A stretch of 64,000 nt of DNA from a virus (Duplodnaviria; Caudoviricetes), in IMG/VR virus record IMGVR_UViG_3300013936_000026, positions 1,813 through 65,812 of that record; one strand, given 5' to 3'. Positions within the stretch are counted from its first letter, which is position 1; every line of letters begins with the position of its first letter. The translations under genes and the position numbers were made by a program. Shown here piece by piece: positions 26,151 to 36,386 of the stretch. The notes under the pieces are model-generated. The model had not been told where the DNA came from. It ran no database searches and saw only the letters and a program-made list of their open reading frames with translations.

Positions 26151-29100
26151 ATGGCAAAGAAATATATTAATTGGAAGACAAAAGGAATGAACAGAGATAT
26201 GTCTGTCTCTGCATTTAACCCTGAATTTGCCTTTGAGAATGTCAATCTTAGATTGGCTACCAATGAAGGTAATACTATGATGTCATGGGTGAATGAGAGA
26301 GGAACCAAAAAACTTAAGTTACATATAGATACAGAACCATGGTCTGATACAGAGACTATAGATAAATATGTAAATGAACTAAATGGTAATCCTCTTGGTG
26401 CAGCAGTTCTTAATCATAAGTTAGTTATATTTACAACAGGCAGTGGCTATGATTGTATCTATGTCTTGGAGAAATCAAATGTTACTGACTGGGATTTTAT
26501 AGGAAAGCAATTATATAAAGGGCATCTTGGATTTAATCTAGGTTATCCTATAGAGACATTAGTCTCCTATGAATCTGAGAATATACAAAAAGTTTATTGG
26601 ACAGATAATTATAATCAGCCTAGAATGATAAATATTGCTTCATATATGGATGCTAAGGCTGAACATTATAATGATATATCCTTTGACTTTGTACAGGAAC
26701 TTGCCTTAAAGGAAGAGATAAAAGTAACCAAGATATATGGTTCTGGAGAGTTTCCTCCTGGGGTTATTCAGTATGCTTTTACTTATTATAATAAGTATGG
26801 TCAAGAGAGTAATATCTTCTATACAACTCCTTTGCAATATATAACTTATGTAAATAGAGGAGGGGCTCCTGACGGAAAGATTGCTAATTCCTTTAGGCTA
26901 AGCATATCTAATATAGACAAGAACTTTCAATATATAAGGATATACTCAATACTCAGGACATCAAAAGATGCAGTTCCTTTGGTGAAGAGAATACAAGATA
27001 TTGAGGTAACTGGAGATGCAGCATCTTTCATTGATAATGGCTTGCAGGGAGAGACTGTGGATCCAACAGAACTCCTATATAAAGGAGGTGATGATATTAG
27101 AGTCAAAACCTTTGAGCAGAAAGATGGTACATTGTTTTTAGGAAATGTATTCTTAACAAGACCTTCACTGGATATAAAGACTACTCTTCTAAGTGACAAT
27201 GGTGTAACTAAAGATAATCCTTTGGCTAATGACAACATTGTTGCAAGAGGGGGAGTAAGAACTTATAATCTTACTACTGCTTATCCCTTTGAGTATGTAA
27301 ATACCCTAGATAGTTCCGAGGATAATTATGAAGGAGCTGCTTGCTTTAAATCTAGAGAATACTATAGATTGGGAGTACAGTTTCAGTATAAGAATGGTAA
27401 ATGGTCAGAACCTTGTTGGATAGGTGATAAGCAATGTAATAAAGCACCAGATACAAGTAGTATGGTTCTTACTGTACCTGAGTTTAGATATTCTATGAAT
27501 AATGTATTCAAGACTCTCTATAAGCAAGGATACAGAAAAGTAAGACCTTTGTTTGCTGTTCCTAATTTACAGGATAGAACAGTACTCTGTCAAGGAATAG
27601 GTGCTCCTACCATGTATAGAAATGTAGATAGGGAAGGTTCTCTCTATGCTTCTGCCTCATGGCTGTTTAGAACTCCTAGAGGTAATGGTTCTGATTTCAA
27701 TGTGCCAAATGATTATTATACAGAATCCGATGGTTATAATGGTGGAGGATATGTTACCCCATCAGGAAAGTTGGAGTCTCAGTATGAATTTGATTGGTAT
27801 AAAAAGTCTGATGGTACTCCTGATGTTGTCTCACCCAACTTATCAAGTACTGAGGTAATGGGTAAGTATGATGAAGACAATAGCTATCGCATAGACTTAA
27901 ATTTCTTAACTATTAATTCTCCAGATGTAGAGTTTGATGATTTCTTTGTACATACAGATTTCAAGGGATATAAACTCCGTACAGTAGGATATACTCAATT
28001 TGATAAGACCTTTGGAGACATTGATATACAGGTATCAACTCCTGCCATTGGTTCTGATGCAGGAGGATTTACACATAGAAGTGTAGTAGCCCCTGGGTGT
28101 GGTGCCCTTATCTCAGGTCTATTCTTTAATGATTATTTAGTAGATGACGAGAATGATACTCCTAAATATGGAGCCTACCATACTAGTAGTCCAGCAGTGG
28201 ATTTCCCTGTCTATATGTGGCATAAGAATGGCTCATTGAACAATGATGTTCCTAGAGACAATAGAAGTGCAAACTTATTGAAGAAAAGAATTAGTAACTA
28301 TAGACTAGGATGGAAAACTAACTATGCAGATATAGATAATGATACAGAATTATCCACACTAGACTTGCAGTTATTCAGAAATGACCAACTTTCTGTAATC
28401 AAGGTAAATAGTCATACTTATGAAGGAAACATAGATACTATGCTTACCCCTAGTGAACCTTCTTGCTTTTATTTTGTAGGTGATCCATGGAGAGACAAAG
28501 TAAATACAAATTATAAATCAAAAAGTTACTATAAGTTGGGTCTTAAAGATCCAAGTAATACAGATTCTAGAAATGGAGTATGGATATTAGAAAAACAAGA
28601 CTATTGGTCTTGGTGGTCTACAAAGGGGGATAGAACTAATATAGGAGATTATGTTAAAGGCTTATGTCAATGGAGAGAAGGTGTTAGCATCAAATATAAG
28701 TCTACTCCACACTTAGTAGGACAGATAAGGGAAGATTCCAATGGATTATATTCATGGAATGGTTCATCATTAGGTGCTGGACAGGCTCCAATAATAGAGG
28801 TTTACAAACCTTATGAGAAAGATATTATCTTTGGTGGAACATCTGATGAGGCACTGCAAGCTGCTACATGGATACCTTGTGGACCACCTGTAGCCTTTGA
28901 TGCTGATACTGTATTCTTGAATGTTGACTTCAAATGGGGAGATTCATATTTCCAAAGGTATGAATGTCTCAAGACTTACCCATTCACTCCCGAGGATAAA
29001 AATCAAGTAGTAGAGATAGCATCATTCATGGTGGAGACTAGAGTTAACATTGATGGTAGATATGATAGGAATAGAGGTCAGATTAGTAATCTTAACATGA

Positions 29101-30347
29101 CTCCTCAGAACTTTAATCTTATCAACCCTGTATATTCTCAAATGGATAATTTCTTCTCATATAAGATGCTTAGTGAGAAAGATTATAAGAACACATTATA
29201 TCCAAATACAGTGACATGGACTAAGACCAAGCAAAATGGTGCTGATGTAGACTTATGGACAAACATTACTATGGCAAGCACATTAGAAATGGATGGTGAT
29301 AAAGGCACAGTAAATAAACTTATAAGACTTAATAACCAATTGCTATCATTTCAAGATAGTGGTATCTCACAGATACTTTATAATGAGAATACTCAAATAA
29401 GTACTACTGAGGGTGTTCCTATTGAGATAGCTAACTCTGAGAAAGTTCAAGGTAAGAGGTATCTCTCAGATACTGTAGGTTGTTCTAACAAATGGTCTAT
29501 ATCCCAAACACCTAGTGGTATTTACTTCATGGATAGCAATGACAAGAGCATCTATCTCTTTAATGGTCAGTTAAATAACCTCAGTACAGCAGGAGGTTTC
29601 AATTCATGGGCAAAGCAGAATATTCCTTCGGCAGATACTTTATGGACTCCTAAGGATGGATTTGATAACTTTGTTGCTTACTATGATAAGCTAAATCAAG
29701 ATGTATTATTTATCAACAAAGATACAGCATTGACTTACTCAGAGAAATTCAATTGCTTTACTTCCTTCTATGATTATGGTGATACTCCTTATTTTGAGAG
29801 TCTTGATGATGTAGGTATTTGGATAAAAGGCAACAACCTTTGGCAACATCAAGCAGGAAAGTACTGTAGTTTCTTTGATGAGAATAAACCTTTCTCCATG
29901 ACATTGATTGCCAACCAAGAACCTCAGATGGATAAGATATTCACTAATTTGGAGTTTAGAGCTTGTGTGGATGGTGAGGGTACTTATGATACTACAAGGG
30001 ATAAGTTTGTTCCTAGTTTGCCTTTTGATTCTCTTGAGGTATGGAATGAGTATCAGCATGGTGTTCTTACTCTTAGTAATAGGAATGCCAATGACAGGTT
30101 TACTCATGGTAAGGATAATGGTATATTAGCTAGGAAATTTAGAATGTGGGCTTGTGACATTCCTAGGGACAATGCAAGAGTAGATGCTACTACAGAGTCT
30201 CCTATGGGAATCAAGAGATTCAAGGCTAGACTTCTTGATAGAATTAGGAATCCTTGGGCTTATATCAAGTTAAAGAAGGATGCAGCAACTACTAGTTTCC
30301 TAAATAAGACAGAGATACATGATATTATGGCAACATACTTTGGTTAA
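26151..30347 (+). CDS. Tail stabilization / muzzle protein, 1398 aa
   Basis: GMNRDMS, VYWTDN.NQPR.INI, IQYAFTYY, YFQRYECLKTY, KFR.W...IPR motifs recognised from crAss-like muzzle proteins. Confidence 0.8.
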   Translation: MAKKYINWKTKGMNRDMSVSAFNPEFAFENVNLRLATNEGNTMMSWVNERGTKKLKLHIDTEPWSDTETIDKYVNELNGNPLGAAVLNHKLVIFTTGSGYDCIYVLEKSNVTDWDFIGKQLYKGHLGFNLGYPIETLVSYESENIQKVYWTDNYNQPRMINIASYMDAKAEHYNDISFDFVQELALKEEIKVTKIYGSGEFPPGVIQYAFTYYNKYGQESNIFYTTPLQYITYVNRGGAPDGKIANSFRLSISNIDKNFQYIRIYSILRTSKDAVPLVKRIQDIEVTGDAASFIDNGLQGETVDPTELLYKGGDDIRVKTFEQKDGTLFLGNVFLTRPSLDIKTTLLSDNGVTKDNPLANDNIVARGGVRTYNLTTAYPFEYVNTLDSSEDNYEGAACFKSREYYRLGVQFQYKNGKWSEPCWIGDKQCNKAPDTSSMVLTVPEFRYSMNNVFKTLYKQGYRKVRPLFAVPNLQDRTVLCQGIGAPTMYRNVDREGSLYASASWLFRTPRGNGSDFNVPNDYYTESDGYNGGGYVTPSGKLESQYEFDWYKKSDGTPDVVSPNLSSTEVMGKYDEDNSYRIDLNFLTINSPDVEFDDFFVHTDFKGYKLRTVGYTQFDKTFGDIDIQVSTPAIGSDAGGFTHRSVVAPGCGALISGLFFNDYLVDDENDTPKYGAYHTSSPAVDFPVYMWHKNGSLNNDVPRDNRSANLLKKRISNYRLGWKTNYADIDNDTELSTLDLQLFRNDQLSVIKVNSHTYEGNIDTMLTPSEPSCFYFVGDPWRDKVNTNYKSKSYYKLGLKDPSNTDSRNGVWILEKQDYWSWWSTKGDRTNIGDYVKGLCQWREGVSIKYKSTPHLVGQIREDSNGLYSWNGSSLGAGQAPIIEVYKPYEKDIIFGGTSDEALQAATWIPCGPPVAFDADTVFLNVDFKWGDSYFQRYECLKTYPFTPEDKNQVVEIASFMVETRVNIDGRYDRNRGQISNLNMTPQNFNLINPVYSQMDNFFSYKMLSEKDYKNTLYPNTVTWTKTKQNGADVDLWTNITMASTLEMDGDKGTVNKLIRLNNQLLSFQDSGISQILYNENTQISTTEGVPIEIANSEKVQGKRYLSDTVGCSNKWSISQTPSGIYFMDSNDKSIYLFNGQLNNLSTAGGFNSWAKQNIPSADTLWTPKDGFDNFVAYYDKLNQDVLFINKDTALTYSEKFNCFTSFYDYGDTPYFESLDDVGIWIKGNNLWQHQAGKYCSFFDENKPFSMTLIANQEPQMDKIFTNLEFRACVDGEGTYDTTRDKFVPSLPFDSLEVWNEYQHGVLTLSNRNANDRFTHGKDNGILARKFRMWACDIPRDNARVDATTESPMGIKRFKARLLDRIRNPWAYIKLKKDAATTSFLNKTEIHDIMATYFG

Positions 30348-30457
30348 TATAGATAGGTAAGGGAGTCTTAGGGATTCTCTTACCTATTTTTATTATATAA
30401 GTAAGACCATAACATAGTCAGTAATAAAGCATTATCTTTGCAATAAATTGTACAGCA

Positions 30458-33400
30458 ATGAGAAAGAAAAATAAATTATATACAGTCAATAAATGGAATC
30501 AACCATTGTTCATGCAAGATAATATCTTTGCAGATGGTGGTGGTATCAATATTGCAGGCATTGATACTACAGGTGGTGGTATCAGTGGCTTGGGTAATGT
30601 TCTAAAAGATTCTACTAAGATAAACATGGGTCAGATAAAATCCATGAAGCTTCCTAGTCAAGGCTTAGGCTTAGGGATTGGAAATATTGCTAAGAGTGGC
30701 ATAGGTGCCTTAGGAAATACTGTAGGTGCAGTAGGAAATAAACTTATCAGTGGAGGATTGCAATCTGGTGCTGGCAATGCCATTAGTTCTATAGGAGGTA
30801 CTGTAGGAGGAGCTATCAGTACTGTTAACCCAGTGGTAGGAGGTATTGTATCAGCTGCATCAGGTATTATTGGGGGAGGTGTGAATGCTCTCTTTGGTTC
30901 TAAAGTCAATCAAGCAAAGCTTAATGCAGCAAACCAAGGTACTGATTATCTTAATAACTTTAGTTCCAATGCATCTTCCTTTGAGGATATACAGGGTCCT
31001 AATGCTGTTGCAGCAGTACAGAATGCTTATAAGGGAGGTCTCTTCAGTAAAGGCAAGGCTAGAAGAAAGAATAATGCACTTAAAGCTGAGAGAGCTACTG
31101 CACAATCATGGGCAGATAGGAGTGTGGATAATAACATTGATAATATAGCAGATACACAGATGGGTAACTTATTGGGTGATTATTATGCTTTTGGTGGTTC
31201 ACTGGGAAACCCTACAGGAGGAGCAATAGATTATGGCTTTATGTCTGACTATCTGACTATGAAGAATAAGTCAGCAGAAGCCAAGAATAAAATATCAACA
31301 AATCCTTTTGGAAACTTAGCAGTAACACCATTGGAATCCTTTGCAGCAGGTGGTCCTATACATATCAAGAAGAGTCATAGGGGATTGTTTACAGAGGAAG
31401 CACAAGCTCATGGTATGGGAGTACAGGAGTTTGCATCCCATGTATTAGCCAACAAGGATAAGTACTCTCCAGAGGTGGTAAAAAGAGCCAACTTTGCTAG
31501 GAATGCTACTAAGTTTGCTTTAGGTGGTGACCTGCAAACAAATGGCTCAGATTTCACTGATGGTCTTTCTAGTATAGATGCTGGTGGTAGTCACTCAGAA
31601 AATCCTTATGGTGGAGTACAAGTAGGTATCAATAGGGACAATGGCTCTCCTAATCTTGTTGAGGAAGGAGAGACAATTTTTGATGATTATGTTTTCTCCA
31701 AGAGAATTAAGGCAGACCAACAAACCAAGGCTAAGTTCCATGTAGGAAAGAACACAGATATTAGTTTTGCTGACTTATCAAAAAAACTAGAGAAGGAGAG
31801 TGAAGAAAGACCAAATGATCCAATTAGTCAGGCAGGACTTAAAAAGCAGATGCATGACTTGACAGATGAGCAGGAAAGACAAAAGGAGGAACAACAACAA
31901 AGAGAAGCTGAAGAGACATTCAATATGCTTCCACCAGAGCAACAACAAGCTATCATGCAACAAGTAGCTATGGAGGAACAACAGGCAGAGCAGCAACAAA
32001 TGCAAGAGGAACAACCTACAGAGGAGGAAGAGAATAATACTCAGCAAGAACCTCAACAGCAAGTTGATGAGCAGATGCAACAACAAGCAGTAGAGCAGCC
32101 TCAGATGGAAGGAAATGAAGAACAGATTAATGCATGTGGTGGTAAAATGAATAGATTTGATAAAGGTGGAGACTTGAAGAAAGCCATTTATAAGGCTCTC
32201 AATATCCATACAGATAGTGACTTTGACAAGTGGGCTTTAAGTCAGAAGCTTGACAAGATAACAGATTGGGAGAATATACTACAGAACAAACCTTTTATGA
32301 ATGCTTTGACAGGAGTTAACCCTGCACTCAGTGATGCCATAGAAAGAGGTTATGACTTTGGTACTTATGTACCACCAAAGAACAATAAGCTAACCTTTGA
32401 CTTCACTCATGGGGGTTGGGGTAGAGAAGATTATAATGCTTGGAATGGTAGTACTGATGCTGTATGGAAGGAAGCAGTAAAGAAAGGTCTTGTGAAGAAA
32501 GGTATGAACTCTGAGGAAATAGGCAAGGCTCTCTCCCAGACAGATGCCTACAAGAGAGGCTCTGACTGGCTAAAGGCTGACGAAGGAAATAGACTTACAT
32601 ACTTGCAATCCATTCTTAATAGTCAAGACGCACCACAAGCAGCAAGGGATTATGCTGCCAAGTATGTAGATGCCAATGGTTGGCTGAAGGATGCAAAGAG
32701 AGATTATCAGACTATCTTTGAAGACCCTAATGGCACTGGTGTAAGGAATACTCACCCTGGTACTTATTGGAAGACTCCTGATGAGATGTTGAGGAACAAG
32801 CAGACAGGTAACTATGTAATCAATAATGACGGTACTGTAGAGCAGATATATGGTGATGTTCCTAAGGAATGGTCTAGTGCAGGTAATTATAGTTGGGCAG
32901 ATGCTGACAATGATTATACTTACAGCTACTATAAGAGACCCACTGCAACTGATGCAAAAGACAGTCCTAAGCAAGGGGAAACAGAGTTAGTTCCTGTGCA
33001 TAAGCCTACATGGGGTAGGTATGCAGGATTGTTTGGTCCTGCTGTGGGTCTTGGTATGCAAGCATTGGGCATAGGTAAACCAGACTATTCCAAGATGGAT
33101 GTAGCAGTGGAAGCTGCTAGTGGTGCTCCTGCATTGGCTACCTACAAACCTATAGGTGATTACATAGGATATAGACCTATGGACATTTGGTATGAACAGA
33201 ATAGAATGAATGCCAATAGTAGGGCTACAGACAGGGCTATCCTTAACAATAACTCTACATTAGGTACTAAGACAGCAGGACTTCTTGCAAATGGTTACAA
33301 TAGTCAGATAGCTAGTGGTAATCTGTATAGGCAAGCTCTTGAATATAATGATGCTCAGAGACAGAAAACCGCTGAATTTAATCGTGGTACCAATATCCAA

Positions 33401-33748
33401 AATGCTAATGCATTTAACCAGACTTCTGCTACCAATGCACAGATACAGAATAACCAAAGAAACTTCAAGGCTCAGATGCAGATGGATGCTGCAAGGCAGA
33501 GAATGGCTGCTGATGCTGCATGGAACCAAGGTATCTATGGCAATGTCAATGGTCTTTTTGCTGGCTTGGGGGCTTGGGGAAAGGAAAATGCCCAGCATAA
33601 TATGATTGCTGATATGGCTGCTGATGGAATCTTTGGCAATATGAGTGATAAACAACATATAGGTAATGATTATGTGATTAAGAGAGTACCTAAGAAGAAT
33701 GCCTGTGGTGGTAGAATTAATAGGAGAAAAAGAGGTTTAACATTTTAA
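30458..33748 (+). CDS. Internal virion cargo protein with Gly-rich hydrophobic N-terminal region, Q/E-rich linker and recurrent xxxGG motifs
   Basis: Position after muzzle; IHIKKSHRGLFT and GGSHSENPYGGV motifs. Confidence 0.65.
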   Translation: MRKKNKLYTVNKWNQPLFMQDNIFADGGGINIAGIDTTGGGISGLGNVLKDSTKINMGQIKSMKLPSQGLGLGIGNIAKSGIGALGNTVGAVGNKLISGGLQSGAGNAISSIGGTVGGAISTVNPVVGGIVSAASGIIGGGVNALFGSKVNQAKLNAANQGTDYLNNFSSNASSFEDIQGPNAVAAVQNAYKGGLFSKGKARRKNNALKAERATAQSWADRSVDNNIDNIADTQMGNLLGDYYAFGGSLGNPTGGAIDYGFMSDYLTMKNKSAEAKNKISTNPFGNLAVTPLESFAAGGPIHIKKSHRGLFTEEAQAHGMGVQEFASHVLANKDKYSPEVVKRANFARNATKFALGGDLQTNGSDFTDGLSSIDAGGSHSENPYGGVQVGINRDNGSPNLVEEGETIFDDYVFSKRIKADQQTKAKFHVGKNTDISFADLSKKLEKESEERPNDPISQAGLKKQMHDLTDEQERQKEEQQQREAEETFNMLPPEQQQAIMQQVAMEEQQAEQQQMQEEQPTEEEENNTQQEPQQQVDEQMQQQAVEQPQMEGNEEQINACGGKMNRFDKGGDLKKAIYKALNIHTDSDFDKWALSQKLDKITDWENILQNKPFMNALTGVNPALSDAIERGYDFGTYVPPKNNKLTFDFTHGGWGREDYNAWNGSTDAVWKEAVKKGLVKKGMNSEEIGKALSQTDAYKRGSDWLKADEGNRLTYLQSILNSQDAPQAARDYAAKYVDANGWLKDAKRDYQTIFEDPNGTGVRNTHPGTYWKTPDEMLRNKQTGNYVINNDGTVEQIYGDVPKEWSSAGNYSWADADNDYTYSYYKRPTATDAKDSPKQGETELVPVHKPTWGRYAGLFGPAVGLGMQALGIGKPDYSKMDVAVEAASGAPALATYKPIGDYIGYRPMDIWYEQNRMNANSRATDRAILNNNSTLGTKTAGLLANGYNSQIASGNLYRQALEYNDAQRQKTAEFNRGTNIQNANAFNQTSATNAQIQNNQRNFKAQMQMDAARQRMAADAAWNQGIYGNVNGLFAGLGAWGKENAQHNMIADMAADGIFGNMSDKQHIGNDYVIKRVPKKNACGGRINRRKRGLTF

Positions 33749-33760
33749 AGAGTAGAAGAT

Positions 33761-35020
33761 ATGGCTGGTGGATACCAATTTGTAGTAGATAGTTCTTTTC
33801 AACCCTTTAGTATGCAGGAGATGCTAGTACCATTTACTGCATACAAGGATGCCTATGAGAAGAGTGAGGAACAGTATGATACATTGTCACAAAATGCAGA
33901 CAAGTTTAAGTATCTCAGTGATACACTTCCTGAGGGAAGTAAGGCTAGACAGATATATGAAGGTTATGCCAATGACCTTAGAACCCAAGCAGAAGACTTG
34001 GCACACAATGGTCTTACCATGGGCAATAGAAGAGCCTTGACTTCCTTGAAAAGAAGATACCAAGGTGAGATAGGTAGGTTGTTACAGGCTGATGAAGCCA
34101 TGAGGGAAGAGAAGAAACTCAGAAGGAGTCTTAATGCTCAAGACCACTCAATGCTATATGCAGATGATAACCTTAACATAGATAACTTCCTTGATGGTAA
34201 TACTCCTAACTTATATAGTGTTAGTGGTAATGAGTTATATGCTAGGGGAGCAGAGGCTGGGAAGGCTGCTTCTGCAAGAGTGTTCAATGTAGGAGATAGA
34301 GGTGCTACCCTTGGTGGTATGTTTAGAGATTGGGTTCAGCAAGTAGGGTATAGTCCAGAGACTATAGCAGCATTTCAACAAAATGTTGCCAGCCTTCCTG
34401 AACTTAATGAGATGATAGATAACATAATGAATGCTAGTGGGGCTGCACAGAATCTTACAGGATATAATAGAGGTGCTGCAAGGCAACAGATTATCAATGG
34501 TATGATTAATGGTGCTATCTATCAAGAAAGTCACAATCCTATCAGAGACCCTAATGTTCTTAGTGCTGCTGAAAAGGCACAGCTTGATATGCAAAAAGAA
34601 CAACTTGGTTTAGAGAAGCAAAAACTGCAACTATCATTGTTAAATACTCAAGCTAAAGCTAATAAAAATAATTCTAAAGCAGCAGGAGGGTCTAATGAAG
34701 ATGCTGTAGCTAAAGATGCAGTAACTATTACTTGGAAAGGAAATCCTAAAATGGGAGCTGAAGAAATTAAGACTACTCGTTTTAAAGATGATGATGATAT
34801 TAAGGGAACCCCAATTGCTTATAAAGATTTACCACAGCATGTAAAGGATAAAATTGATGCTTATACAAATGATGGAAATGAAATGGATTATACTTATTAT
34901 TATCAACCTTTTAAAGGGGGATTTTGGAGTAATGATGATGAGGCAATAACCATTGTTCCAACTACAAGAAGAACAAAAAATAATGATCCAAGCTTAAATT
35001 GGGGAGAAACTGGAAATTAA
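33761..35020 (+). CDS. Virion cargo / ejection protein
   Basis: Synteny; FQPFSMQEML N-terminus; 3' part visibly more AT-rich. Confidence 0.55.
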   Translation: MAGGYQFVVDSSFQPFSMQEMLVPFTAYKDAYEKSEEQYDTLSQNADKFKYLSDTLPEGSKARQIYEGYANDLRTQAEDLAHNGLTMGNRRALTSLKRRYQGEIGRLLQADEAMREEKKLRRSLNAQDHSMLYADDNLNIDNFLDGNTPNLYSVSGNELYARGAEAGKAASARVFNVGDRGATLGGMFRDWVQQVGYSPETIAAFQQNVASLPELNEMIDNIMNASGAAQNLTGYNRGAARQQIINGMINGAIYQESHNPIRDPNVLSAAEKAQLDMQKEQLGLEKQKLQLSLLNTQAKANKNNSKAAGGSNEDAVAKDAVTITWKGNPKMGAEEIKTTRFKDDDDIKGTPIAYKDLPQHVKDKIDAYTNDGNEMDYTYYYQPFKGGFWSNDDEAITIVPTTRRTKNNDPSLNWGETGN

Positions 35021-35024
35021 ATAT

Positions 35025-35068
35025 AAAAAGAGAATGCACCATGAATTTATAATGCATTCTCTTTTTAT
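35025..35068. terminator. Bidirectional hairpin terminator
   Basis: aaaaagagaatgca...tgcattctcttttt between convergent genes. Confidence 0.65.
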
Positions 35069-35851
35069 TTATTCGTAAACTTTTTCTAAAGCATTTTTTG
35101 CTAATTTACATCCTTGGTTAGCTGATAGTTCCCAATAGTATCTTGCTTTCTGTATATTTGAAATAAGATATATACTATCTGGACAATTAAGAATATTTTT
35201 AACCTCACTATCATTAGTGCTATATTCATTATCTAAAGATACAAAAGTTCTATTACCATCATAAATATAATAATCTGTTCTCCCTAAATAATGAATAGAA
35301 TAATAAGCGAGTCCATTTAAATATATGTTCCCTAAATTATACTGTGCTAAGGTATCCCCTTTTTCAGCCCCATTTTTTAGCCAGAATATAGCTTTTGAAA
35401 AATCTTGATTTACTCCTTTACCATATTTATATGCTAAACCTATTTTACCCTGAGCTTCTGCATTTCCTGCTTTTGCTGCTTGCATATACCAATATGCTGC
35501 TTTGTCTTTATATTCATTTGCCTTATCTCTCATAAGATAATAACTATCTTTTGACAAAAGATCTCCTAACTCTATCTGAAATTTTATATTCCCCTTTTCT
35601 GCATAAAAAGTTAATAACTCTATAGCTTTATTATGAGCTAAGTCATCATTTATTTTTAAAAGTTTTGCAATATTTATTTCTGCCAAGTTACTATTAGCTG
35701 TACCCTCTTGATAAAGAGAATTACATTTGTAAGGTGTATACCAATAGAAATTAATATAAGCAAAAACTACATAAAGTAGGAATATAGCTATTGTAGAACC
35801 AATAGCTATACCTATTCTCTTAGTCCATTTTTTGATAAGTTCTTTATTCAT
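35069..35851 (-). CDS. Membrane-anchored Sel1-like repeat protein
   Basis: N-terminal TM; AAYWYMQAAKAGNAEAQGKIGLAYKYGKGV and AIFWLKNGAEKGDTLAQYNLGNIYLNG are SEL1 repeats. Confidence 0.85.
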   Translation of the reverse strand: MNKELIKKWTKRIGIAIGSTIAIFLLYVVFAYINFYWYTPYKCNSLYQEGTANSNLAEINIAKLLKINDDLAHNKAIELLTFYAEKGNIKFQIELGDLLSKDSYYLMRDKANEYKDKAAYWYMQAAKAGNAEAQGKIGLAYKYGKGVNQDFSKAIFWLKNGAEKGDTLAQYNLGNIYLNGLAYYSIHYLGRTDYYIYDGNRTFVSLDNEYSTNDSEVKNILNCPDSIYLISNIQKARYYWELSANQGCKLAKNALEKVYE

Positions 35852-35852
35852 A

Positions 35853-36386
35853 CTACTTATCCCCTATTTTAAGATTAATACTCACTTTACTTAACTCCTC
35901 ATTGATTACTTTTCTAAACTCTTCTAGAGAAAGATGGTTTTGAAGTTTGACCTTCTCTTCTGTAACAGTTTGTTCCTCTTTTGCCTTAAGCCAATTGTTC
36001 ATAACTTCATACATGAAAATATTGCTATCATCAATATTAGCTTCACCTAATTTTTCTATTTTCCACTTTATAATATCAAACAGCAATGTATTGTATATAA
36101 CCATTTGGTCAGTATCTTCATCAAACCAATGGTCATTTCCTAGATAACTGTTAGGAAAGACTCTCCAATTTATTCTCAATTTCTTAAAATGATATGCATC
36201 TTTATTGTCTAATGGTTGAAAAAGATGTACTTCCATAAATTGCTTTTTACAATAGTCTGAAAGAACTATGAAAACTTCTATTTGACTTTCATATCTAATA
36301 TAAGCTTTATATCCTATTTGAGAGATATATTTAATTAACTCAGAATATTTCTCTTTAATTGTATTTTGTTCCATATTTTTATTCAT
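35853..36386 (-). CDS. Hypothetical AT-rich accessory protein
   Basis: Start moved to MNKNMEQ (36386), which overlaps the upstream stop. Confidence 0.55.
   Translation of the reverse strand: MNKNMEQNTIKEKYSELIKYISQIGYKAYIRYESQIEVFIVLSDYCKKQFMEVHLFQPLDNKDAYHFKKLRINWRVFPNSYLGNDHWFDEDTDQMVIYNTLLFDIIKWKIEKLGEANIDDSNIFMYEVMNNWLKAKEEQTVTEEKVKLQNHLSLEEFRKVINEELSKVSINLKIGDK

Noticed and set aside
31860-32130. CAA/GAG-rich repetitive stretch
   Set aside because: Explained by a Q/E-rich protein linker, not a DNA repeat element
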